64,000 nucleotides of DNA from Phycisphaerales bacterium (GTDB lineage: Bacteria > Planctomycetota > Phycisphaerae > UBA1845 > Fen-1342). Location: NCBI GenBank assembly GCA_003162245.1, contig PMMM01000196.1, positions 8,900-72,899 of the forward strand, in the 5' to 3' direction. The translations under genes and the position numbers were made by a program. Position 1 is the first letter of the stretch. Every line of letters starts with the position of its first letter. Under the pieces are notes generated by a model. It saw only the letters and a program-made list of their open reading frames with translations. It did no database searches and was not told the DNA's origin. Below are positions 26,722 through 36,269 of the stretch, in pieces.

Positions 26722-29097
26722 TCAAGACCCGCTGGTCAGCACCTGGAACGCGGCGAAGTCTGCCAAGTCCACGTCGGAGTCGTCGTTCAAGTCGGAAGCG
26801 GCGAAGAGCACGGGATCGACGCCCGGGGGAGGCGTGGACACGTCCGGGCCGTTCACGCACTGGGCGAAGAGCGCCAGATCACTGTGGTTCACAACGCCGT
26901 CGGAGTTGAGGTCCCCCAGCGGCGGGACGACGAACGTGATGACCCCGTTGCCGCCGGCCACACCGTTGCCGCTTGGCAGCGAGGCGGGGCTCGCCGGGTT
27001 GGCGATCTCGCCGTCGAGTTGAATGCTCGCGGCGGTCGTCCGGATGGTGTCCTTGACGGTGAGCGTGTACGCGCCGCCCGGCAGGGGGGTGCCGCAGTTC
27101 AGCGTCGCAGTGAAGTTCGTGGCCGAATAACTGAGCGTGAAGGGCACCGCTCCGGCGGCCGAATTGAGGGTGAAATCGGAGGCGGCGGCCGAGACGTTCT
27201 CGCTGAACGTCACCGTGACGGCCGACGGGGAGCTGGCCAGCGGCACGATGGCGCCCGGCTGCGGCGATATTTGCACAATCTTAGCGGGGCCGTTCACGTA
27301 GCTTTCCGACGTCTTGGCCGTCGTCAGGATCCACGCGTTCTCGTCGAGCACGATCGACGTGGCGGGCGCGGCGATCGGGACAACGAACCACTGCGTCAGG
27401 GCGTTGTCGAAAACCGTGTATGTCTGGTTCCCGCTGGCGAAGTTCACGCGCACGTCGATCGGCATCGTGTACGTGCCGTAGCTCGTCGATTGTGTTTGCC
27501 GGACGCGCAGGCGGAGGTAGTTCTGCCCGTTGATGTTCACGGTCTGCCAGCCGGACGCGTACGCCGGCGCGCCGATGCCGTAGACCCACTCGTTGAAGAA
27601 CCAGGACAGGTCGTGCCCGTAGCCGGCGGCGGCTTTCGCGGCGAACTGGTCGGTCGTCGCGGCGGAGCCCTCGTACGCGGTGCGGTACGCGGCCAGGATG
27701 TTGAAGAACGTGGTATCGCCGACCACGTGGCGGAGCTGATGCAGCACCCAGCCACCTTTGTAGTAGGTGAAGTCGGTGCTGAAGATGCGGTTAACGTCCG
27801 TCGTGTCGTAGCAGTAGACGCTGCCGTTCACCGTGCTGGGCCGACGGCTGGCCATGGCGTTGAAGAGCGCCGTCAGGCCGGTCGAGCCGGGCTTGCGCTC
27901 ATACCACAACGCTTCCGAGTAGTCCGCGAAGCCCTCGTTGAGCCAGATGTCGTTCCAGGTCTTGCACGTGATCGCATCGCCCCACCACTGGTGGCTGAGC
28001 TCGTGCACGTTGACCGACTCACTGAACACGCCCTCGCCGGTGTTGGTCTGATGCTCCATTCCGCCGCTGAAGGCGAACTGGTAAATCCCGTATTTCTCGC
28101 CGATAAACGGGTACAGGCCGTAGATTGTGCGGTACACGTCGAGCGCCGTGAGGACGATTCCCCACGAATTGCGGTGCGCGGTGGTGTCGCTGGCCGGGTA
28201 GATGTTGAACTCGACGGGCATCGTGCCGGTCCCGTAGTTGTACGTCTGCGTCCAGGTGTTGTAGTTCGTGGTGGAGAAGCAGACCAGATACGGGGCGATG
28301 GGGTAGTTGGTGGCCCAGTGATAGCGCGCGCGGTTGCCGGACAATGTGTCGGTGCCCTGCCACAGCCCGTTCGAGACCGTCCGCAGCGTGCTGGGCGCCG
28401 TGACCGCCAGCTCCACGGTCGCCTTGTCGCTGTTGTCGCCTGACAGACCGGCGTCGCCATCCTTCACCGGCCACCACGTGTACGCGTAATACGGCTCGCT
28501 CAACGTGAAGACCAGGGGCTGGCCGTTCTGCGTCGTGAAGTTAATCGACCCGAAGCCGCCCGCGTTGGCCGTGCCGCTGTACGTGACCGTCAGAGTGAAC
28601 TCGTCGCCGACATTGTAGGCGTGATCGAGCGTGACGACGCGCGTCGTCGTGCTGGCCGTCGTTACGGTTACCGGCGTCGCGCCGTTGATCACCGCCGAGC
28701 ACGTGTACTGGTTCTGGAGCCGGAACGTGAACTGCGTGAGCCCGTTGATCAGGCTCCGCACGGTCATCGTGTTCGTGCCGGCGATGTGTGAGGTGCTCGG
28801 CAGGATCTCGATGTCGAGGTTGTAGTGCAGGACGTCCGTATCGCCGAGCGCTTCGCGTTCGGTCGCCAGACTCTGCTCATCGGTCGGCGGCAGGCCAGCC
28901 AGGAAGCGGGCCGCGAGCGCCTGACCCTTGCCGCAGCCGACAATCGGCCCGCAGTCGTCGTCGGTGGCGCACGGAATGGCGGGCGGCGGCGGCTCCGCCA
29001 AGAGAGCGTCCTGCGCCACGGCGCCGGAAACGGCACCGATCGTGAGCAAGGCTGCAATAATCGCTCCCCGGGCGACGCAAAGTCGCACGCTACGCAT
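26722..29097 (-). CDS. Secreted M1-family (aminopeptidase N-like) zinc metallopeptidase with Ig-like and dockerin-like C-terminal modules
   Basis: Signal peptide; GGMEHQT (GxMEN-like); VHELSHQWWGD (HExxH) plus WLNEGFADY (third Zn ligand). The C-terminus carries two Ca-loop repeats, DLNSDGVVNHSD and DLNDDSDVDLAD. Confidence 0.85.
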   Translation of the reverse strand: MRSVRLCVARGAIIAALLTIGAVSGAVAQDALLAEPPPPAIPCATDDDCGPIVGCGKGQALAARFLAGLPPTDEQSLATEREALGDTDVLHYNLDIEILPSTSHIAGTNTMTVRSLINGLTQFTFRLQNQYTCSAVINGATPVTVTTASTTTRVVTLDHAYNVGDEFTLTVTYSGTANAGGFGSINFTTQNGQPLVFTLSEPYYAYTWWPVKDGDAGLSGDNSDKATVELAVTAPSTLRTVSNGLWQGTDTLSGNRARYHWATNYPIAPYLVCFSTTNYNTWTQTYNYGTGTMPVEFNIYPASDTTAHRNSWGIVLTALDVYRTIYGLYPFIGEKYGIYQFAFSGGMEHQTNTGEGVFSESVNVHELSHQWWGDAITCKTWNDIWLNEGFADYSEALWYERKPGSTGLTALFNAMASRRPSTVNGSVYCYDTTDVNRIFSTDFTYYKGGWVLHQLRHVVGDTTFFNILAAYRTAYEGSAATTDQFAAKAAAGYGHDLSWFFNEWVYGIGAPAYASGWQTVNINGQNYLRLRVRQTQSTSYGTYTMPIDVRVNFASGNQTYTVFDNALTQWFVVPIAAPATSIVLDENAWILTTAKTSESYVNGPAKIVQISPQPGAIVPLASSPSAVTVTFSENVSAAASDFTLNSAAGAVPFTLSYSATNFTATLNCGTPLPGGAYTLTVKDTIRTTAASIQLDGEIANPASPASLPSGNGVAGGNGVITFVVPPLGDLNSDGVVNHSDLALFAQCVNGPDVSTPPPGVDPVLFAASDLNDDSDVDLADFAAFQVLTSGS

Positions 29098-29942
29098 GAG
29101 AACGCTCCGTTTCCACCTTCCGGATAACTGGCTCGCACAAAGCCGCTACTTCTCGGATACGCCCCCGAACGCTTGAAGTCAAGGAAAATGTGGGTAGAGC
29201 GGGCAGACGGACGTCGTGACAAGATCGACGGGCGCGCCGCGCGCCGGGCCCCAGGGGGCCGTAATGACCAGGTCGGTGAGCGGCACGTGGTAGCTGCTGG
29301 ATTCTGGAAGCGGGCTTAAGACCGCCCACGTGCTCAGCTTACTGGCCGGGCCCCGCGAATCTGGTGGGACGGTTAGGCGGCGTGAGCGAAATAGCGCAGG
29401 TCCCACCTTCGCACCGATTGGTAACGCGGAACATCGCATAACCTGCCGGGGCGCATCGGGGGTCTGCCGGAGCGCCTGGTCGCCCTGGACGCGGCGACCT
29501 GTGTTCAGATGCGGCGGCCTGATGGAGTAGCTGCTGGGACTGCTCGTCTCCAAGCACCTCGGGGTAACGACGTGCCGCCCGTTCGAGCAAAACTGGCCGA
29601 ACTTCTACGGGACTGGCCGCCGGATCGGTCCGCAGACGGTCCGGCACTCGCCACGATGGCGCAGAAAACAGCTCCGGCGATCCGTGCGGACCTGCGGCGG
29701 GCACGAGCCCGGTCGATCAAGGCGACGCGCGATCATAAGGAACGCCAGCAGCGCTGAGACTCCGAGTTTCCGGGCGAAGGTGACGGCGCCGGTGTCCGGG
29801 CGCGATAGCTTCATGGCGATGGATCGACGTCGATATCGTCCAGCCCCGGCCGGAAGCGCTGCAGGCCGCACCGCTGGGGTCTTGCGGTACACGCGTCGGC
29901 GGGCCTGGGATGTGCAGCGAATGCGAGCGCGGATTGCGACCG

Positions 29943-31604
29943 TCACTCTCGCGCGACGGCCGGCGCCCACGGACTACCCAGTTCCAGGCGCGCACGGGGC
30001 GACAGCCGATCGCGCCACATCCGCAGGTTCGCCGCCAGCCGCTCGGCCGACCCGGGCGCGACAGCGAAGAAGCACACCGTCTGCGGCCCTTCGTGGGTCT
30101 GGACACGCCAACTGCCAACGAGGGTCCATCCGGCAGGCACTCCCTGTAACCGGCCTTCCACGAAAAAGCTGTGCAGGATCGCGATCTCGACTTGGTGCTC
30201 CGTGCAGTAGTTGGCTGCCCAGGCCCGGTTGAAGGAACCAGCGCGGTACGCCCGGGTCACGTCGGTCGTGCCCAGCCCCCACAAATCGACGAGCCGGGAC
30301 CCGCTGTACCACGACGTCGCCCCGAGGTCGCAAACCGCCACCGTCCGGTCACGGTAGAATTCGTGCAGAAACAGCCCGGACATGTGATTGCGGTCGTACT
30401 CGCGCTCGCAAAAACTCGGAACGAAGCGCATCAGGGCCACTGCTCGTCCGACGTACGGCTCCGACAGGCTCAGCGCCACCATTACCACGAGCAACGCCGT
30501 CGGAGCGTGGCGGGCCGGATGGGCCAGCAGCGCCCGCCGCGCGCCGGTTACGAGTCGCGCGGCGACTGGGCCCGAGATCAGTACCAGGATCAGAAGCCCC
30601 GAACCAACCAGGTAGGCTTCGTAGCGCTGCATCCCAGCCTGGATCGGGGCGAACTGCAGGTGGAGGAAAACGGTCGTCAGCCACAGCACGATCCACGTGC
30701 GTCGGCGGGCTGCGCTCTGGTCATCGGACGGCAGCACGAAATACGCGACCGCCAACAACAGCACTGTTTCCAACAGCGCCGTGCAGACCTGAAATCCATG
30801 CTGCTGCTCCAGGAAGATGAACCGGAACAGGCCCGCCGCCGATGCCTGCGGGAAATCACCTTTCATCAGAAGCGAGTTTGGCAAGAACGGTCCCCCCTGT
30901 CCGAGCGCGTACAGCCCGAACGCCATCATCGGGAAGAACCCGGCTGCGGCCATGAGCAGCACAAGCGCCCAGCGCCGCTGGATCAGCAAGAACAACGCCG
31001 CCGCCGCGACGGCAAACAACCCCTCGTACCGCGTGCCTGCCATGAGCGTGGCGAGCACGGCCAGCGCCCACACCGTTCTGGGGCGCGACGGTCGCTCATG
31101 CAGGACCTTCACCGCAAAATGCGCAAAGCCAATGAACAAGCACAGGTGCAGCGCGTGCTCCATGCCCATGAAGACCAGGGTCGTCAGGGGAGTCACAAAG
31201 ACCATCGCGACCAAGCCAACGAGCGTCGCCGCAGCGCCGATCCGGTACGCGCGCAGCACGAGCGTCGACACGGCCAGCACCGCCAAGGCCGACAGCAGAC
31301 TGAGCCCCAACGGTATCCAGGCCGGCGGAACCAGCCCCGCCGCGAGCGTCAATGACAGCAGCGCGGTCCAGACCGGCGAGGACGACGCGCCGCAGAACAC
31401 GTGCGGGGAAAGTCCCCATGTGCCCGTCTGCAGGAGGTTCCGCGCCAGCGACAGGTGGATGTAACCATCGTCGATCATGTATCCCACCTGCCCCAGCCGT
31501 CGCACGACGACGACCGTGACCAGGGTCACGACCGACAACAGGAGGCCGGCGCTGACCGCCAGCCCGAGAAAACCGTCGAAGTTCTTTTTGCCGATCGCCG
31601 ACAT
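29943..31604 (-). CDS. GT-C-like polytopic membrane glycosyltransferase-like protein
   Basis: Start at ATG 31604 (MSAIGKKNFDGF...). There is an early-loop DDGYIHLSLARNL acidic motif typical of GT-C enzymes, more than 10 hydrophobic helices, and a soluble C-terminal domain. Confidence 0.6.
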   Translation of the reverse strand: MSAIGKKNFDGFLGLAVSAGLLLSVVTLVTVVVVRRLGQVGYMIDDGYIHLSLARNLLQTGTWGLSPHVFCGASSSPVWTALLSLTLAAGLVPPAWIPLGLSLLSALAVLAVSTLVLRAYRIGAAATLVGLVAMVFVTPLTTLVFMGMEHALHLCLFIGFAHFAVKVLHERPSRPRTVWALAVLATLMAGTRYEGLFAVAAAALFLLIQRRWALVLLMAAAGFFPMMAFGLYALGQGGPFLPNSLLMKGDFPQASAAGLFRFIFLEQQHGFQVCTALLETVLLLAVAYFVLPSDDQSAARRRTWIVLWLTTVFLHLQFAPIQAGMQRYEAYLVGSGLLILVLISGPVAARLVTGARRALLAHPARHAPTALLVVMVALSLSEPYVGRAVALMRFVPSFCEREYDRNHMSGLFLHEFYRDRTVAVCDLGATSWYSGSRLVDLWGLGTTDVTRAYRAGSFNRAWAANYCTEHQVEIAILHSFFVEGRLQGVPAGWTLVGSWRVQTHEGPQTVCFFAVAPGSAERLAANLRMWRDRLSPRARLELGSPWAPAVARE

Positions 31605-31721
31605 GGCCGCCTTTCCCGAAAGCACCACGTACGCAGTGCAATGCCCACCCAGCATCAGTCCTGCCGCACAGGATCTCGACCTTCACGAGTGACTTGGCCG
31701 GACCCCGCGCTAAGACCCTCA

Positions 31722-31727
31722 TATAAT
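31722..31727 (+). promoter_or_regulatory. Candidate -10 hexamer (exact TATAAT) upstream of the ammonia-lyase gene
   Basis: An exact TATAAT sits in an otherwise GC-rich 303-bp divergent intergenic region, 180 nt before ATG 31908. I found no convincing -35. Confidence 0.2.
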
Positions 31728-31907
31728 ACTGCCGGCGGTCCGAAGGAGGAATCACCTTCTTGCGGAAGTCACTAATTATCGGACCAATCGACGCACCCAC
31801 CGGCCGACTCACGATAAAATGCGTTCTCCGCGCCATTGCGCACCCGCGCCCATCGCAAGCCGGCCTGTGGGCGTTGTGTTTATGTGCCCGGCCCCGCGAG
31901 AAACCGC

Positions 31908-33485
31908 ATGAACATCGTTTTGGACGGTAACTCCCTCTCCATCGAACAGATCGTCGCCATCGCCCGCCAACATGCACCGGTTTCGCTTGATCCCGCGGCC
32001 CGGCAGAAGGTCCAACGCTCCCGCGACTTCCTGGAAAAATGCGTCCGCGACGGAATCGCGATCTACGGCGTCACGACCGGCATCGGCGAGTTGGCCCGCG
32101 TCCGCATCTCGCCGGAGCAAAGCGCCGAACTGAGCCGGCGGATCATCTACAGCCATTCCGCGGGCACCGGCAACCCGTTTCCGGAGGACGCGGTGCGGGC
32201 GGCGATGCTCCTGCGCGCCAACGTGCTCGCGAAGGGCTGTTCGGGCGTGCGGACCAGCCTGCTCGACACCGTCATCGAGATGATCAACAAGGGCGTCGTG
32301 CCGTGGATCCAGGAGAAAGGCTCACTGGGCGTCAGCGGCGACCTGTCGCCCATGTCCCAGTTCGCCGAGGTCGCCATCGGCGAGGGCAAAGCCTACTACA
32401 AGGGCGAATTGCTCCCCGGCGGCGAGGCGATGCGGCGGGCAGGCGTCATGCCGACCGACCTTACATTCAAGGAGGGCCTCGGCCTGATCAACGGGTCGCA
32501 GATGATGACCGGCGGCGCCGCGTTGCTCGTCTACGACGCCGAACGCGTGCTCAAGAACGCGGTGATCGCGGCGGCGATGACGCTCGACGCGCTGCGGGCG
32601 GTTGAGCACGCTTTCGACCCGCGCATTCACCGAGCGCGGCCGTATCCCGGGCAGAACGCGATTGCCGCCAACCTCGTCAAGCTCTTCGCCGGCAGCCAGA
32701 TCATGGCGGACAAGACCGGGAAGGTGCAGGACGGGTACAGCATGCGCTGCACGCCACAGGCCCTGGGGCCGTCGTTCGATACGCTCGAACACGTCCGGAA
32801 GGTCGTGAACATCGAGGTGAATTCGGCGGCGGACAACCCGCTGTTCTTCCCGGACGAGCAGCAGTACTTCGCGGCCGGCAATTTCCACGGGCAGCCGATC
32901 GGCATGGTGGTCGATTTCCTGTGCATCGCGCTCGCCGAGGCGGCCGACATTTCCGAGCGGCACACGAACCGCCTGCTCAACCCGGTTCTTTCGAGCCTGC
33001 CCGATTTTCTCGTCACCGGCAACGGGCTCAACAGCGGGCTGATGGTGGCGCAGTACACGGCCGCCGCGCTCGTGTCGGAAAACAAGGTGCTGTCGCACCC
33101 GGCGAGCGTGGATTCGATCAGCGTGTCGGCGGACCAGGAGGACCACGTGAGCATGGGGCCGATCGCGGTGCGCAAGTGCGGCGAGATCCTCCGCAACGTC
33201 CGGGCGGTGCTGGCGATCGAGATGCTCTGCGCCGCGCAGGCGATGGACTTCTATAAGGACAAGGACGGCCGGCCGAAGCGCCCGGGTAAGGGCACGGCGG
33301 TCGCGCACGACCTCATTCGCGAGAAGGTGCCGTTCATGGAGAACGACCGGGTGCTGCACCCGGACATCGAGGCGGTGCGGCAACTCGTGGAGTCGAACAC
33401 GATCCTCGATGCGGTCGAAAAAACGGTCGGCCCGCTGCTCCTGGCCCGCGACGTGGAGTTGCCGGGGCCGAATGTGGCGTATTAG
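31908..33485 (+). CDS. hutH: Histidine ammonia-lyase family (MIO-dependent aromatic amino acid lyase) with Val-Ser-Gly triad
   Basis: YGVTTGIGE, SHSAG (the Ser-His selectivity pair of HALs), GSLGVSGDLSPMS (MIO segment, codons GTC AGC GGC at 32331-32339, residues 142-144), NSAADNPL, and QEDHVSMG. Confidence 0.85.
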   Translation: MNIVLDGNSLSIEQIVAIARQHAPVSLDPAARQKVQRSRDFLEKCVRDGIAIYGVTTGIGELARVRISPEQSAELSRRIIYSHSAGTGNPFPEDAVRAAMLLRANVLAKGCSGVRTSLLDTVIEMINKGVVPWIQEKGSLGVSGDLSPMSQFAEVAIGEGKAYYKGELLPGGEAMRRAGVMPTDLTFKEGLGLINGSQMMTGGAALLVYDAERVLKNAVIAAAMTLDALRAVEHAFDPRIHRARPYPGQNAIAANLVKLFAGSQIMADKTGKVQDGYSMRCTPQALGPSFDTLEHVRKVVNIEVNSAADNPLFFPDEQQYFAAGNFHGQPIGMVVDFLCIALAEAADISERHTNRLLNPVLSSLPDFLVTGNGLNSGLMVAQYTAAALVSENKVLSHPASVDSISVSADQEDHVSMGPIAVRKCGEILRNVRAVLAIEMLCAAQAMDFYKDKDGRPKRPGKGTAVAHDLIREKVPFMENDRVLHPDIEAVRQLVESNTILDAVEKTVGPLLLARDVELPGPNVAY

Positions 33486-33976
33486 GCAGCCGCGGGCGGC
33501 TGGAGCCTGCTGGCGCTCAAGGGGCGCTCGGTCCGTCGGTCGCAGGTTCGCAGCGGGAGTGGCCGGGCAACCAGAGGCTGGCGAAGGTCCGGATAAACGA
33601 CCGAAATGGGCTGAATCGGCGGGACGGCGGGCACCCATGTCCGTGCTGGGGGGCAAGTTGCGGCGCTGGACCTAGCCGACGGAGGGGTGGGGCCGGTCGC
33701 CAGAGCTGTCGGCTCGATAGCGGGGGGCGGAAGGAGGCCTGGCCCGGGTCAGGTCCGCAAATCCGGTCGGATTTCTGTTGCACGAGGACCACCGGCGCCG
33801 TAGACTGACATGAAGATTGAGAGAGGCCGAGACGCAAAGGGCGTTTCGGATGTGTTTTGCGATACGGAGTGAGGCAGAAGCCACCAGATCATCTGTGCGA
33901 AACCAGCGTACGCTTGGGCGCGGATGATCGAGTACCGTCTGTCGTTCGACAACGGGAGACGTGAGAGGAGGAAGGT

Positions 33977-34897
33977 ATGCGATCCAGTTGTTTTGCGTGT
34001 GTGGTGGGTCTGTTGCTAGCGGCGTCGCCGGTCTTCGGCACCTCGCTTTACAGCCAGGATTTCGAAGTCGACTCGACCGCGAGTTGGACGGTCAATAACG
34101 GGCCGTCGGACGCCGCGGCTAATTTCTTCTTCGACTATTCCACGGTTGGCATCCCCGCCGCGCCCGGCGGCACGGGGACACGCGGCATGAAGCTGCAGGC
34201 CAACCTGAACAACGGCGTTTTCGGTGGGATGAGCGCCTCGCCGATCGGCCAGAGCTTCACCGGCAACTACACCGTCGAGTTCGACTGGTGGGAGAATTGG
34301 AACGGCCCGTTCCCGGGCGGCGGGAATGGCTCGACCAATATGGGGACCTACGGCATCGGCACCGCTGGGGCTACGACACAGTGGCCGGGTGGCGTCCAGG
34401 ACAGCGTCTGGTTTGCCGGCACCGGGGACGGCGGCTCGGCCCAAGACTGGCGCGCCTACTCCAGCGCCGCGGCGACGGGCTACCTAGTGGCCAGCGGGGT
34501 GTACGCGTTCCCGAGCCAGAATAACACCAACGCCTATTTCGCCACCACCTTCCCCGCCAGGACCGCGCCGGCCGCGCAGCTCGCCCTCTATGCGCAGCAG
34601 ACCGGCTCCACGGCGGTCGGCAGCGGCGGCATGGCATGGCACCACGTTGTGATTGCGAAGGTGGGCACGACCGCGACGTGGAAGATCGACAATCTGCTGA
34701 TGGCGACCATCGATCTCACCACCGTCACCCTCGGCGGCGGCGACATCTTCTTCGGCCACAGCGACGTCAACGTCGGATCGTCGACCGACCCGCTTAGAGC
34801 GGACCTGTTGTTCACGCTGATCGACAATGTCCTCGTTACGCCGGAGCCCGGGTCGCTGCTCGTGCTAGCGCTGGGCCTGTTGCTGCGACGGCGTTAG
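33977..34897 (+). CDS. PEP-CTERM sorting-domain secreted protein (ConA/LamG-like lectin-type body)
   Basis: GAGGAGGAAGG precedes ATG 33977. Signal peptide present. The C-terminus TPEPGSLLVLALGLLLRRR is a PEP-CTERM motif. Confidence 0.8.
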   Translation: MRSSCFACVVGLLLAASPVFGTSLYSQDFEVDSTASWTVNNGPSDAAANFFFDYSTVGIPAAPGGTGTRGMKLQANLNNGVFGGMSASPIGQSFTGNYTVEFDWWENWNGPFPGGGNGSTNMGTYGIGTAGATTQWPGGVQDSVWFAGTGDGGSAQDWRAYSSAAATGYLVASGVYAFPSQNNTNAYFATTFPARTAPAAQLALYAQQTGSTAVGSGGMAWHHVVIAKVGTTATWKIDNLLMATIDLTTVTLGGGDIFFGHSDVNVGSSTDPLRADLLFTLIDNVLVTPEPGSLLVLALGLLLRRR

Positions 34898-34923
34898 ACG
34901 GTTCTCAACCCAAGAAGCACGTG

Positions 34924-34956
34924 TCGGCGAGGTCGTCCATGCGGCGACCTCGCCGA
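34924..34956 (+). terminator. Stem-loop terminator candidate after the PEP-CTERM gene
   Basis: Perfect 12-bp stem TCGGCGAGGTCG/CGACCTCGCCGA with a 9-nt loop, 27 nt after the stop, followed by the U-containing tail TTCCGTATTGT. Confidence 0.6.
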
Positions 34957-35039
34957 TTCCGTATTGTGGGGGCGTCGTGTCCGACGGCGCGCGGTTTCCC
35001 TGCGGCGCGACGTTGGAAAGGCGGGCCGCGGAGGGTACA

Positions 35040-36269
35040 ATGCTAAATCGCGAGCTGATAGTGGGCTTTAGGATGCGGATAGCAGTCATAGCGCTCATCA
35101 TCTTGGCCTTGGCGTCCGGGGGTTGGTATAGCTATCAACGTTGGGTCGCACCGCCCGAGCAAGTGAGCTACAAGGAGGCGGAGGTCCGGCGCGGCACGGT
35201 GGTGGCGACCGTCTCGGCGACGGGCACGGTGCAGCCGCTGCTGAAGGTACTGGTGGGCTCGCAGGTCAGCGGCACGATCACGCACTGGTACGCCGACTTC
35301 AACCAGCGTGTCGAGCAGGGCTTCGTGCTGGCGGAGTTGGATCAGGACCGCTACAAGGCGCAGGCGGAACAGAAGACGGGGGCGGTGGCAGTGTCGCGGG
35401 CGCGCGTCGAGGAAGCCCAGGCCAAGCTGGCGACGGCGCGGCTCGAACGCGAGCGGATCGAGAGCGCTTTCAAGCGGTCGGCCGCCTCGGAATTCGAGGT
35501 GGATTCGACGCGGGCGGCGGAAGCGGCGGCGGTGGCCGGGCTGCACGCCACCGAGGCCCAGTTGCAGGCCGACGAAGCGGATCTGCGGATGGCGCAGGTC
35601 GAGCTGGACAAGACGATCATCCGCTCGCCGATCGAGGGGGTCGTCATCTCACGCGACGTCGATGCCGGCCAAACGGTGGCCGCGTCGCTGTCTGCGCCGA
35701 CCCTGTTCACGATTGCCAACGACTTGAGCAAGATGCAGGTGAACGCGGCGGTGAGCGAGACGGACATCGGCAAGGTCCGCGAGGGGATGGACGCGGAGTT
35801 CCGGGTGGATGCGTATCCGACCCGGCGGTTCCGCGGGACCGTGGCCCAGGTCCGGTACGCCGAGACCGTGGTCGACAACGTCGTGACCTATACGACGCTC
35901 ATCAACGTGGACAACGCCGACCTGGTGCTGCGGCCGGGCATGACGGCGACCATTCTGTTCCAGACTGCGAGGGCCGAGGACGTGTTGATCGTGCCGAACG
36001 CGGCGCTGCGGTTCAACCCGCAGGCGGCGGAGGCGGCCGACGTCGACTGGCGCCGGCCTGCCAAAGGCCAGCCGCTTCAGCCGCGCGTGTTCCAGCTTCG
36101 GGGTGGCGTGCTGGGCCAGGTGCCCGTCGAGCTGGGGCTGAACGATGGCACGTTCACCGAGATTCGCACGGCGGCACTCAAGGAAGGCGACAAGATCGTG
36201 CTCGAACAGCAGGTGCGCGGCAAGTCCTCCTCCGCGCGGCCGCCGGCGCAACGCATGCCCAGGATGTAA
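35040..36269 (+). CDS. Efflux transporter periplasmic adaptor (HlyD/MacA-like membrane fusion protein)
   Basis: ATG 35040 follows GGAGGG. There is an N-terminal TM helix, a long coiled-coil hairpin (Ala/Glu/Gln-rich, residues ~110-200), and beta-barrel segments. The stop overlaps the next start (ATGTAATG). Confidence 0.8.
   Translation: MLNRELIVGFRMRIAVIALIILALASGGWYSYQRWVAPPEQVSYKEAEVRRGTVVATVSATGTVQPLLKVLVGSQVSGTITHWYADFNQRVEQGFVLAELDQDRYKAQAEQKTGAVAVSRARVEEAQAKLATARLERERIESAFKRSAASEFEVDSTRAAEAAAVAGLHATEAQLQADEADLRMAQVELDKTIIRSPIEGVVISRDVDAGQTVAASLSAPTLFTIANDLSKMQVNAAVSETDIGKVREGMDAEFRVDAYPTRRFRGTVAQVRYAETVVDNVVTYTTLINVDNADLVLRPGMTATILFQTARAEDVLIVPNAALRFNPQAAEAADVDWRRPAKGQPLQPRVFQLRGGVLGQVPVELGLNDGTFTEIRTAALKEGDKIVLEQQVRGKSSSARPPAQRMPRM

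Noticed and set aside
29098-29330. SRP RNA or RNase P-like strings (CCGGAAGG on the minus strand near 29120; GCGGGCTTAAG near 29310).
   Set aside because: These are isolated short matches without the partner conserved regions (GGAAAGTCC for RNase P; AGCAGC and the symmetric loop for SRP). The first lies in the immediate 5' leader/RBS of the peptidase gene.
33780-33870. c-di-GMP-I (GEMM-I) riboswitch suggested by GACGCAAAGGGCG upstream of a PEP-CTERM gene.
   Set aside because: Only the short ACGCAAAG string matches. I could not find the paired P1/P2 helices, the GNRA tetraloop/receptor, or the conserved 5' half. It needs a covariance-model scan before any claim.
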